A stretch of 64,000 nt of DNA, taken from Botryllus schlosseri (lineage: Eukaryota). The stretch lies in the NCBI GenBank assembly GCA_051294905.1, contig CM119377.1:8680001-8744000 (forward strand). Reading direction: 5' to 3'. The position numbers and the translations under genes are program-made. Below are positions 42,497 to 54,756 of the stretch, piece by piece (positions within the stretch are counted from its first letter, which is position 1; the number at the start of each line of letters is the position of its first letter). The notes beneath the pieces are model-generated. The model did no database searches. It was given only the letters and a program-made list of their open reading frames with translations, and was not told where the DNA came from.

Positions 42497-44783
42497 CAGA
42501 CATGGGGTAATCGCGATTAGTAATTGTAATCGATTACGACGATTACAGCATTTTCAAGTAATCGTAATCGCAATCGATTACATTCGAAAAAATCCCAAAG
42601 TAATCGTAATCGTAATCGACTACTTCCCATATCTAATCGATTTCTTTGTGAAAGAACGATTACTTTTTATTTGTACAAGTACTATGACATAAACTGAACA
42701 TTCATGAACAAGGAAGATGTATTATACCAGGTTCATGATAGCACAAACGTCTGATTTTTAAATGCCATTGCTCATTATTACGTCAGAAGTAGCCTATTAG
42801 CTTTGCTAGTCATTGCGTAAGAAGTATCCACGGTAAACAGATATTCGATGTACGTCACGTACGTCGTACATTCGTGTGATTGTAAGAACACCCGCCGTGC
42901 TGTATGCCAGGCTATCAACACGTTCCACACGCCAGTACGCCGCAGCAGGATAATTAATCACCACTCTACCTAGTAACTTGTGTATTGATGTTCGGTTATG
43001 CAAACGCAGTTTGAGCGTTGCTGCTTGGCGAGCAGTAGGCATATGTAGTACGTAATTACACCGGTCAGAGATTTGAAATTTTGTACTCGTCAAATAAAAG
43101 ATCACGGTTTCCACAACGAAGCAATAAAAATCAACAGCTGCTGATATGTATCATAACCGAGCCGTTTTTGCCGTTTCTCGTAGCGGCAGCTTGCAGTAGG
43201 CCTACATTATCTGTATTAAGTTGAAGGCAGAATTTTATGTTCTCTTCATCTTAATCTCATATGACTCTACTTGAAACAGGCCCCAATCGCTATGTTATAA
43301 TTCTTTACTCAACATTTGGATCTGCCGCCATAGCCATGGGCTTATACATCATGTTAGCGCGGGTTGCAGCTAGAAACAGGACCAAAACAGCAATTCGTCC
43401 CCCAGTCCAAACGTTGGTGTTTAGCCCCCATAGGGTGATATTTTCAAGTTGAAGACTGAATTTCGTCAATAATATTAGTAATTGCATTATATTAATAATA
43501 ATTTTTAATCCTCTCTCTCTCTCTCTCTGCCCCCGATGGCCAGATTTACCTGTAGAGCTAGGGACACGTAATTCATATTTATAACGCCTGTTATCTTGTT
43601 ATAATTACTTTAGTGTATGTTGGTAATTCGTGACTTCCGGTCTGTTATATCATCAAAAGATATTGTTGTATCCCAAACGTAGCAGACTAAAAGAAAAACT
43701 TTCGTGAGACGCACACACAAATTGTCATGTCTTTAATGCTCAGTGGTGTCCTGGTGGCATTTGAATTGTGGGCTCGGATTGAAAGGACCGGACTCTTAGT
43801 CACCCCCACCCAGCGCGGCTATTGACAATGGACACATGCCCTAAGTTTCGGCCAAGGTCTTTCATTAGTAGCACACTCCGTAATGTCGTGTATTGGTCGA
43901 AATTGCATATGTCTTTTGGTGGGTCGTGGCACGGTATTGACTGGAACCTAAATGCCTATTGCTATAAATTAGGGTGCATTTAAAAGAAAAATAGATTTAA
44001 AGCGAGCATGTTTACAACAAGGCCCTTGTTTAAAACATGTTTTTTAAAAGCCATGACATCACGAATGTGGATTGACATTGACAATTGAAAATATAGGGTA
44101 AATATAGCTCCGTTAACGAAATATCTGTACTATGACTGTTGAACCGACTATTTTGAGGGGTTCCAACCATCCCATATCGATGTACGTCGGCTAAATCGGT
44201 TGGAGATTGTGGAAAGCATCTACACAATTATGGCATAATTTTACAACTTAAAAAAACACAATTTAGTTTTTTTTAAACCTTTGTTTAAAACACTGTTTTA
44301 AACATGTTGTAAACAATGTGTTTTAAACAACCATTTGTTTTAAATGCAAGCCTACTATAAATTATGTACGAAATACTTTTGAGTCCCCTTCGAGCTCGCT
44401 CCCCGCCCTATTGGGAAATTTGGGGTGCGGCAGTCATGGACATGGCAAGAATGTAAATCGTTGGGTGCGATAAATCGTTCTCTATAAAAATGGGCAATGG
44501 GTACATTATGACGCAACAAGAAAAATGACGCATCTTTTTTAAATGAAGTTTGTTTTCTCATTTGGCCTTTTGAGCGCAATCCATATATTGTTTTCCAATA
44601 TAACTTCTAAGATACAAAATAAATGTAATCGTGAGTAATCGTGATTACTTTTCAAATGTAATCGTAATCGTAATCGACTACTTCCTGATTTTGCTGTAAT
44701 CGTAATCGTAATCGTAATCGCGTCATTCGGAAGTAATCGTAATCGCAATCGATTACATTCATGAAGTAATCACCCCATGTCTG
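42497..44783. mobile_element. 2.3-kb non-autonomous hAT-type element with (GTAATC)n subterminal arrays and a nested MITE
   Basis: TIR cagacatgggg / ccccatgtctg; perfect 8-bp TSD ctcaccag (42489-42496 and 44784-44791); no intact transposase ORF. Confidence 0.85.
43970..44354. mobile_element. hAT MITE (TAGGGTGCATTT ends, tgttt/aaaca repeats) nested in 42497-44783
   Basis: TIR tagggtgcatttaaaa / ttttaaatgcaagccta; perfect TSD ctataaat; internal sequence homologous (inverted) to 58046-58613. Confidence 0.88.
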
Positions 44784-47225
44784 CTCACCAGCATGAAATA
44801 CACGTAAAAACACACGCAGCGGTCGTACGCGGTTCAAGTCAGAAATGTGATTTGGACTTTTGTTGGGAAATCAGTAACTGGATATGAATACTAGAAAGTT
44901 ATAGAGGCACCTAAGTGACTTATGTAGTCACTTTCATTCTACGATCGGCTTCGATTTCACGGGGCAAACTTGTTCTATACTTACATATGTTGAGAAATAA
45001 CCGCAATAGGGGATTTCAATATGAGACGTAATCTATGTTGAAGACCGCCATTTGATGCTATTGTCATGTAAATGATCACCAAGCATAATCGTATTAAATC
45101 ATTAAAAGCGATTATATTTCCATGACTGCTACTAATCCTATCCACACATTAGCCGCACTCCTTTGTCATACACCCGGCACTTCACTAATCCCACAAAACA
45201 TACTTGCTTGTCGACTGAGTTCAGTCTGTTTCGCCCTGAAACTATCTAATAGGTTTGAATATGTAATATGTCTTATTAGCCTGAACGCTCCTCAGCACAC
45301 TTGTCTCGTAGAAGGATATTTCTATAGAGTTGGCATATCACATTGTAATATGCTAATGACTAGATCAAAGCATGAATTCAAATTGACTTTACACTGAATA
45401 TGCCTTTGATCGCTGTCTGAAATCCGTAACAAACGCACAATGAATCATATCACAGGATAAGAATGTGTTACCTTCTTTTGAGTCGAAATTAAAAGCCATC
45501 CACTTACCAACTGGCGGGCATCGCATTGAAAAACAAACATTGCTACGATCGCGGCAGATCGTATACGATCATACGCTATCCAGCTGCCTCTGCCTTCGGC
45601 GTCAAGAAAAAACTTGGTCCGCAACGTCGGCTTTTGTCGCATTCGGACTTGAATAAATAGCCGTTTTGTGAATTATAAATGCACACGAAGTCGCCTGATG
45701 CGTGCGACAGTCCGTAAACAAAGTTCGCGACAGAATGATGCAGGGCTTAAGGGGCACTGCGCTCTAAATATGATGTTTCAAAGTAAAGTGGACGGTGTGA
45801 CAAACATTTTGGCATTTTCGCTCAGAAAGTCGCCGTATTCGAACTGCAAGTAAAAGATTTTCACAGGCGTTTACTCTTCACTCTAAAGACGAATATCGAA
45901 ACGACAATACCCAGATCAACATCACGAAGGGACGAAATCTATTTTATTCAATTCCGATTACGAACTGTTGGATATTTCTCATTGAAACGGTGTTCTGCAT
46001 CGCCATTGTGTAATCACTGTGGAACGTGCGGACGATACTTCAATCATTTTGGGTTGATTGTGCAGTCATGGCAAAGCTGCGCTGGATACTGAGGAACATG
46101 GCACAAAGAAATAATATCCCATTTGACTTGAATAATTTATTGACTGACGCTAATACTTCATGCCATGTAACCGACTTCGTAGTTGTAACAATAGTTTTCT
46201 GTTTTGATGGGCGTATAGTGCTTTGAGAACTTAATTCATTAGGTTGTGTTGATTGTTGAAATGAATTAGCTCGTGGAGCTAACGATAAGCATGATTGTTG
46301 AAACATTGTATATATATCGTGGTGACAAGTCTGACCGGACCTAATCTATGCGATTATGCAAATACAAGGTGGCGCGGCGATGCATACGATGACGCTGTGA
46401 ATCACCCTCACACTCGGTCAAGGAGCGACCACATTTATTAATTATTGTTACCAAGCATAATGCATACAATATGCTAGCTATGCGGGACGCAAGTTACTTG
46501 CCTGTTTTTGTAGCATAAATTTCGATTCCTCAAGGGGTTTCGTCACCTAACATCTCACACACGAGTGCGATGTTGCCACAGTGAAATTGGCGACTATCAA
46601 AACTTTGATGCGGTTGAAATAATCGCGATCTCTCCTTGAAACAACAGTCCATCCTCCAATGCCCGATAAATGGATGAATCAGATTTTAAGATAAGATTTG
46701 GACTATGTAAACTCGTTTGATCATACGCAATGAATGGAAAGCCGATATGATGGCGATTTCGAGTATGATTTTCTTGGTACAGCATGAGAGAAATGGCGAC
46801 GGTTATAGAGATTAGGTATAGGCAGCTGTCGTCAGCTCCTTTGTGACCGATGGGCCCGTGATGGATATAAGATCCCAATGATCTTACCACAGCAAAATCT
46901 ACCATAGCGGGTCACCTTTATCAGCGGTAATCGTTCCCTTACTCAGATTTGGTTTCATATAGGCTCTGCCCAGATGTGGTCTGTAACGAAGCACTTCTAC
47001 TTTTTCGAAGCACTCAAAATAGGTTTGTCCTACCAGGACCACTCACTTATGAGTTTAGTTATTCTACTTTCACTTTTTACTTGAACCGTTTAAAGGCGAA
47101 ACTTATCAGGTTTTTAAATATGGATTTTGAAAAGTAGATGGTAAGTTGCAACACTTTTATGGGTGTAGTTGTCATTAACACCAGGTGAAATATTTTAATA
47201 TTGCACCTATTGGTAGTGTCATAAG

Positions 47226-48064
47226 TAGAGCGATTTTATAACCTTAAAACGGAAAATTTTGACCTAAACAATCAAGATTTTGACTTTTTTTTAACATAAA
47301 AAACTTAATATAGACCAAATTTTGACCTCGCGTAGGCAAATTAGTGATGATATTATACTACTTATCTTCATTTCTGGTAGGAACTGTCCGTCCTTACGAA
47401 GTAGTTTGGCCTGAAAAAAAAAACTGATTTTGGCTTAAAAACTGACAAATTTTAACTTCTGGACCTATGAAGTAGTCCAATGGTTGCAGCATGCCTTAAG
47501 GGAGAAATGATTTAAAGTTGTAGTAGTACAACGAAAGATACTTTCCGACATTCTCGTGTAGAAAGTGTCTGTCCCTACTGAGTAGCTTGCCAAGAATGGA
47601 GAAAGAACGTTCAACAACAGCAGTTGTTGGCTGGCAACACTGAAGTTGTGCGTACGCTGCTGGTGACACACCGTGTTGCACGATTCTGACAATGTTGTCT
47701 ACTACATCACAATTTTTCAGCATGCTCTTCTTGATATAGGAACCAATGCCCACGCAGTCTTGCTCCAGTTAGGATATTGCTGTGCGATGAGCATAACACC
47801 ATGTAAACATATTTGTTTCATTTGAATGTTTATGATTCACAATGAGCAGACAATGAGCCGTCTACAACGGTAGGCCTATAAAGTAGGCTAAAAGCTGTAA
47901 AATATCAAATGATAAATTCCCCGACAGCGCAAAATCTACGAAACAAACGTATTGCAGAGGTCAAAAAAATTTGCCTTTGTAAACGATTTTGACAAATTTT
48001 GACCTAACGCTACAATTTTGACAAAATTTTGACAAAATTATACGTGTCAACAAAAATCGCCTTT
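47226..48064 (-). mobile_element. Second copy of the hAT derivative with a dimerisation-domain remnant
   Basis: TIR tagagcgatttt / aaaaatcgccttt; perfect TSD gtcataag; ORF 47496-47753 CQPTTAVVERSFSILGKLLSRDRHFLHENVGKYLSLYY. Confidence 0.9.
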
Positions 48065-48968
48065 GTCATAAGTGTTTCACTCTTAACGAAAAGGTATTGC
48101 ATTTCCACCCGCGTACCACCCCTGATATACGAGTGTGAATATACACCAATGGCACACGAAATTAGAACCTGCCTCAGACTTATACCGCGGTATAAACCAA
48201 GTACAACATTTTAATTCGAATGATGCATGCAAATAGGAGCGCAGGACGGTACGCACGTAGGCACTTAGGATTTATGGCCGCGATGTAATTCTGAGTTAGG
48301 TTTTGTATTCGTGTACTGCCCTTTATGGCTCCTAGGGTGTGAATACACCTTCCTGTCTGTAAGAGTGTAGTGCGTAAGTCGTAAAGATGAATATAGCAAT
48401 CTTCAAAGTATCCTTCTTTCGGATTAGCTCCATGCTACCCCTCGACCAACTATACTTTTTACACTATTTACTTGTGTACTTATAGGACATCTCATTTTCT
48501 ACTTTTGCTTGAGTTCGTGTTGACGTGTCTGGGAGATCGCTGATTCTACGCTACTTAGGTAGGAACACCGAAGACTTTGACAATCACTGTGCTTCTACCT
48601 GAGAAAGGTTTTAGAAAGAAGATACCCACACATCGCTTTCGACATGGTTTCTAATATAAATATGAATAATAGTAATCTTCAGTCGCATTTCAATATATAC
48701 CCGAAGCTTGTGTAGACCACTGCAAGTGGACAAGTGGACAACGAGCCTTATCCTATTCCGATAGTAGCAGAATATCATTCTTGTGAAGTCACATTGGAAG
48801 TGAGTCATATGCCAATTGAAGCCTAAATAAACCGAGTTTTGTGGCGAAAATGAGATCTTACTTCGTTGTTTCACGATATGAGACAAAAGGGATAGGCTAT
48901 TATTAGATATATTACTCCTGTGAAGTAAAGCCCTCTAGCGAAGCTTTACAATTCAGTTACTGCCGTCA

Positions 48969-49290
48969 GCTTCCGTAGCTCAGTGGTAAGAACACTGATC
49001 CCACAGTCTAGAAGCTGGGTTCAATTGCCAAGTCCCGGTAAAGAATACCGTTGTGGCAGGAGGTGCACCCGGCGTATAAACCTTAACCGTTCTGTAGTTA
49101 GGATCAGTAATTAGCTGTGGCAACCCAATGAATCCAGAGTCGGTCAACGCGGAATGTCCCCGCGCAATGTAGCCATAAATGTCCCTTCGAAAATAGGATT
49201 GAATCATAGTGCCAACCCAGTCTAAAGCTTTTAGATATCCCTGTGCCAAGTAACACTGCAGCCACCATCTCACATCTCGCGCCGATTTGC
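48969..49290 (+). mobile_element. tRNA-derived SINE (possibly with a Meta-type central domain)
   Basis: A box tagctcagtgg (48976) and B box ggttcaattgcc (49018), followed by a non-tRNA body gttgtggcaggaggtgcacccggcgtataaacc. A 3' segment (ctaaa.cttttagatatccctg) recurs at about 26600. Confidence 0.7.
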
Positions 49291-50340
49291 ACGTATTGAA
49301 GTCAAGTAAATTACTTGCTCCAGCCCGTCACCTGGCGGGAATTCATTTCATATTAGAAAAGCAAACCGCGATTGCCTTTCTCGAGAAATTCTATGCGATA
49401 CCATCCGGTATGCATTGTATGCTCTTCTTCTAGGCATTGTGACATAAGGTAGATAAAAGGGCGAATTGATCGTGGAGAAGGAAGAATTAAACCATCCGCT
49501 TTGACATTCACTGGTATCACCGGTCTGTCAGCGAAAGAAGAAATTCTCTCGCAACCAAAGTCTCACGCATCAAAATGAATTCATTTTTATAGTTAGTAAG
49601 CTACGTCTTTACGGGCATTTATATTACATAGAGAATGCGTAGACAATAGTTGTACGTACCTCAACTCTATGAAACATGTCTTACGCACACGATTGCAAAT
49701 TGGGGTGCATTATTTTCCTCTGATGGCCACATTTGTATTGCGCATCTACTCGGATTGTAAGGACGGGACTATTCGATGCCAACCATTTTGACCAGATAAA
49801 TCAATATCGACCAGTCACGGTCAATTCGAGTCAACGTTTTTTTGCCACCCATCTTTTTGGCACCACACTTTGCCCAGCTGTATGTTGGCCAAAACAGCAT
49901 GTCTTCAAGTGTCCCGGCGCGGAAGGGGTTGGCCTCGAAATACATGTGTATCATATTCCCGCGTCCACTCGTTCCACACCCCTTGCACACATTAACGCAT
50001 CCCAACAGTCCCAGACGATGTTCTCCAGAGAAGCCGATGTCGGACAAATCTTATCATGAATTCAAACAAATTTGTGTATAACAAATGTGGGCATATTTTC
50101 ATTATCAAGCCATATCGTAGTAACGATTTTTTGCGTGTCTCGCTTATTGGCTATAGTAACCAACACCGGCAACACGTTGACCTCGGATATGTACAAATCA
50201 TACACAGGATAGCGCGACGAAGTTATTTTTGTAGTAAGAAATACAACAAATATTATATGCATCATTTCATTACATACTGGTGCCGTCGCGACCAAAAATT
50301 ATACCCTTTGTGACCCATTTTTTGAACCCCTGACATAGAT

Positions 50341-50918
50341 GAACACGTCTGTTGGACAATTCATACGCGATTGCAAGCACGTCATATGGAATATCAAAAT
50401 ATTGATCTCCAACTACGAGATAATGATCACTATACTTACGCTAGATGTCGATATAGCGACATGGTTACTACTAGGGAGTAGGGATAGCGTGAACCTCTGA
50501 AAGGTTCAGGTTGGTGTGAACGCGAACCTTTTTGAAAGGTTCTGTGTGAATGCGAACGTAAACCTCATGACTTCACATTGCTAATTCAAACCCTACATTT
50601 CAGTGAAGTGATAGCCTATATATTAATGCAGTTGTAGGCTACCGTTCACACCATCCCTACTATCACTTCACTGAAACTTTGGGTTCGGAATTAGCATGAG
50701 GTTCACGTTCGCGTTCACACAGAACCTTTCAAAACGGTTCGCGTTCACACGAACCTGAACCTTTCAGAGTTTCACACCATCCCTAATAAACACATCCGTT
50801 GGACAATTCATACGCGATAGCAAGCACGCCCAATGGAATGTCAAAAATATTGATCTCCAATAGTTACTAGCTGATGCTCATTACTTACTAGATGTCGACA
50901 TAGCGATAGGGTTATTAC
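50341..50918 (+). repeat. About 130-bp diverged direct repeats (50341-50470 and 50788-50918) bracketing a foldback element
   Basis: Both contain gttggacaattcatacgcgat.gcaagcacg..atggaat.tcaaaa.attgatctccaa..ctagatgtcga.atagcga. Confidence 0.85.
50479..50785. mobile_element. Foldback derivative of the TAGGGATGGTGTGAAC hAT family
   Basis: The left arm (tagggatagcgtgaacctctgaaaggttcagg...) is inverted at the right; an extra internal terminus gttcacaccatcccta lies at about 50645-50661. Confidence 0.82.
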
Positions 50919-50928
50919 ATAACATTGT

Positions 50929-52246
50929 CAGGCCGTGTTATTTTTGGCATATGCCAAAACTGCCAAAAATAGCTTATTTTTGGCATTTTTCAATTTTTAT
51001 TTTTGGCAATTTTGGCATCGCCCACCAAATAGATAGTTTCAGACTCGAATTAGTCATAGAAACGCTTTATTTGGGTCAGTTTATCAAAAGAAACCACAAA
51101 ATGTGCAGCATCCACTTATAATCAGTGCCAACAAACAATACTAAGAAGATGAAAAATCCTAGCGATTTCATAGGTTAATAATATCAAACGAAATCACAAA
51201 ATTTGCAGTATCATCTCGGAATCGTTGCCAATAGGCAAAAAGAAAGAGAAGCCTAACAAATACTTTCAACACCTGATTGCTATAGCTGTTGAATAGACTT
51301 ATATTGTCTGCACTGTAACAGTGCTTCCAAACTCAGGTCGAATCTGGGAAATATCGGCTTCAACAGTAGCCGTTCAGGGAAAGAATGTAGCCAGTCCTCC
51401 AAAAAGGTTTTCAGAGCTTGAAAATTTTTGGAGAGCCGAACCGGCTTTCAAGCATCATGAAAAGAAATCACTTCGCTAGTGACATCGATCTCATCGCAGA
51501 AAGAATTTTCCTCCCAATACTTTTCCAGGAGTTTCCTGTCTCTCAACACATTCTATTTTGTAGCCCGACCATCCCATCTCCTTCAGTCTATCGAGATATT
51601 TTCGGAGGACTTTTCTCACTTCAGGTGGCTTTAATATTACCAACTCACATGGAAGAGTCCTGGGAGTGTTCGCTTGTTTAAGAACATTGACACAACAAGA
51701 CACTATCTGGCAAAACGAGACTGCAGCTCAGAATAGCCAGACAGTTTGTTGCGTCACAATGTTCAACTCGATCACAATGCAAAAATCGTGGTTGATTTGG
51801 GAGGTTCCAGATCCATGAGCAGAATACAATCTATATTTTAGTAATCAGTACAGCGGCAGCTTTCCATTGATACCCGTTTTATCAAATTTAGCGCTCGGCA
51901 AGCTGGTCAAAAATGGTCGTAAAATTGCCTTTGGACAAATGGAAAGTATGACGTCAACCAAATGCAGTCAGCCGTTCAATCTCGCTGTGCCCACATCATT
52001 TGGGACACCATGCTTTCACCACTAATGAGTGTGCTGGACCCAGATTAAGAAACCTGCCCTTCACACACGCTTTTCTCGCTTGTATCGCGGTCCCGTTAAC
52101 ATAACACCATGAACGAACTATACGCTATTGGCAGGCCGTGTTATTTTTGGCACATGCCAAAAATTGCTTATTTTTGGCATTTTCAAATTTTTATTTTTGG
52201 CAGTTTTGGCATCTGGCTCCTGAAATGCCAAAAATAACACGGCCTG
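50929..52246 (-). mobile_element. DNA transposon derivative with a 9-bp TSD and a decayed hAT-like transposase C-terminus
   Basis: TIR caggccgtgttatttttggca / tgccaaaaataacacggcctg; flanks taacattgt on both sides; a second left end at 52132; minus-strand remnant GGLATFFP*TATVEADIS at about 51345-51400. Confidence 0.82.
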
Positions 52247-54756
52247 TAACATTGTGTTGATTTTGGGCGTATGGCTCTGACTTGTAACAGTACTGTCGAG
52301 GCTCGAGTTGTATGGTACACTCATTAGCGAAAAATATAGCGCCTGACCATAATGAAGGCCTACTTCTACTTGATTTTACATAGAAATTCCGCTTATTGCA
52401 GTATCGTGAATTCGTTGCCACTGACTGAATGAGTGTGTCTTCAATTTATCTACACTACATAGTTGTTGCGAGACCACTATATTTTCATGGAGTGGTTGCA
52501 GTTCCCTAAATTTCCATGCCACATTGCTAGAAGAGTAGAAGCGTCGTCACATCTTCACTTCTATTCAGCATACTAATTTAAGTCAAAATTCTAATTCACT
52601 AGGATCCGAAGGTAAAATATTGTAATAACCGGTACAGTACGATCTGAAAATTGTACGGTGTTTTATTCCGCAGGGAAATCTCCTTATTCGATTAGCAATA
52701 CCTTCGCTCCTGGGGGCATTTCTTATTATTATTGATCGCAATACACGAGAAATCTGATGAGATGGTTAACCTATCGGTCTTCAGTGGTTAATTCGAGCTA
52801 GCGTTTTTGGTATTGTGACGATAAAGCGAGTCTGGTCGCCACGCAACGAGTTGTACGGAATGTCCACTGGATTGTCCAGTGAGTGCTATGGCGGCAAGCA
52901 GCGTTGAATGAAGGCATTCTATGCGGATGGAATCTGACAAATCTTAGACCTAGAGTAGTTGCGTGAACTTGTAAGAGAAACAAATTGAAAAAACTGTCAA
53001 TTTACATTCGTTTTTTCATTTCCTCATGAATTAATAAAGCACGCGGGAGAGCTCAGAGAAGATTAATAGTAAATTGCCCCTATTGTTACATTCGCGCGCC
53101 TAGTGCGATGGAAAGATCAGGTGTTATCTGCAATGATCACGTCAACTGTGCTATAATAGATAGCCTATGTAATAGTGGATAAATAAAAGCATCGGATTGG
53201 AGAGATGAAGAGACCCGTGAGTTTGAAGATGGTATCGTTCACTCTAATATTCTCCAGTAAGAAGTCCGTTGTTTTATCTTTGAAATTTGGGATATGCATA
53301 ATTTAAGCCGCGCAATTCACGTACAATTAGTATAGTCGGTGTGCTGATGAGCTAGAACGACCAAATACTGCTGTATATAACAAAACAACGATGGACTATA
53401 GTGTCACATAGCACAGGTAGTGGCGGTAATCACAAAACCTAGTCTCGAAGATGAAACGCTGACACATTCTAGCTAGTTCCAAGTAGAAGGGGAGATATCC
53501 AAGACAAGCCAAAGGCCTTCAATAGTATAGTAGACACCAAGATCTCATCACGTTTTGTCAATGCAGTATGAGAGCCTACTGAAGGGCTAATGAAGAGCGA
53601 TGATTGATCGAGCTGGAAATAGAGGTATATTTCAATGAAATTTTCCATGATGGAAATAAATGGATAACCTCGTCGATGGTTGTTGGAATTACACTCATCA
53701 ACATGACTCAAACATACTAATAAAGTTGTTTGTGTGATAAAATACGAAATCGACATGTAGTGTGGTGAATTTGGTCTCGTAACGGTAGCCGTAGTGGAAG
53801 CGGTCTATAAACAAAACCATTGCAGTACGCGGTGTAATCATGCAAATTTGATTACACACAACTAGCACTACCTCCGCTAAGGAGTCTGCTATAGCGTATA
53901 GATCAATTAAAGAGCTTACCGTAATTCCGTAATTTAACTTGAATATTACCCATATATTCAGTGTGGCCATCGATTCGACCAGCGAATTGCGCAAAGGAAC
54001 ATAGGGCGGACAGCTCCGTATCAAGCTTCTCTGGGAGACATCTTATACTAACGACCGGCCAAAATTCTAATTCTACACTTCAGAGCGAATGCTCGTGTTT
54101 ATATATTTATCATAATTTCACTTTTTGCACTTTGGAAATGCATGGCGTATTCGATTGGTCAACGTAAGTGAAAGATTTTATGTATTATCATTAACCGTCT
54201 CCCAAAACCAACTGATACCTACTCTATAACAAAAGAGCATTATTAGAAACGTTTTCTCGTGAGTGTTGCGCTGTTTTCCTGAAAATCATGCATGAAGACA
54301 TGACCATTTAACATGCAACCGTCTAGTATCGCCATTGGTTAATAAAATAGATTTTATGATTCGAGCATTCACAGTGCATTGAATGTTTATATTGTGCTTG
54401 TAACCTATCCACATATATAAAAGCGAGAAACGTAGGGATATACTTTGAATATTACAGTGTTGCCGCATTTCTTCACGCTCACGAAGTTTAATCCATTTTA
54501 TATATTACAGCATTTTCTTATCGTCCATTCATTAATATTTATCCCCGTGCTATTATCTTTCAGTTGCACAGCATGGAAGATATATATACAGCCACGCTCG
54601 AATCTGTTACAGTCAGTGCCAGGTTATTTCAATTACGAGTCAAACTGCTCGAAGACGAGGCAAGAAATATCGGTGACAGCAATTGGTAGTAGTTTTTAGC
54701 ATCATTTTCTTTTCTAGTTACTGTCTGACGTGGTGGAATTTATATATTACGATTTC

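Noticed and set aside
48969-49045. tRNA gene
   Set aside because: A and B boxes are present, but I could not fold a proper acceptor stem or cloverleaf and a SINE body follows. Called a SINE instead.
49733-50330. Possible decayed GPCR (FG..LC and SRLLAIV-like pieces)
   Set aside because: Motif spacing does not fit class A TM3, the frame has stops, and the evidence is insufficient.
54572-54700. Exon-like LHSMEDIYTATLESVTVSARLFQLRVKLLEDEARNIGDSNW
   Set aside because: It has a good acceptor, but it ends in a stop or a phase incompatible with the next candidate exon, and I recognise no homology.
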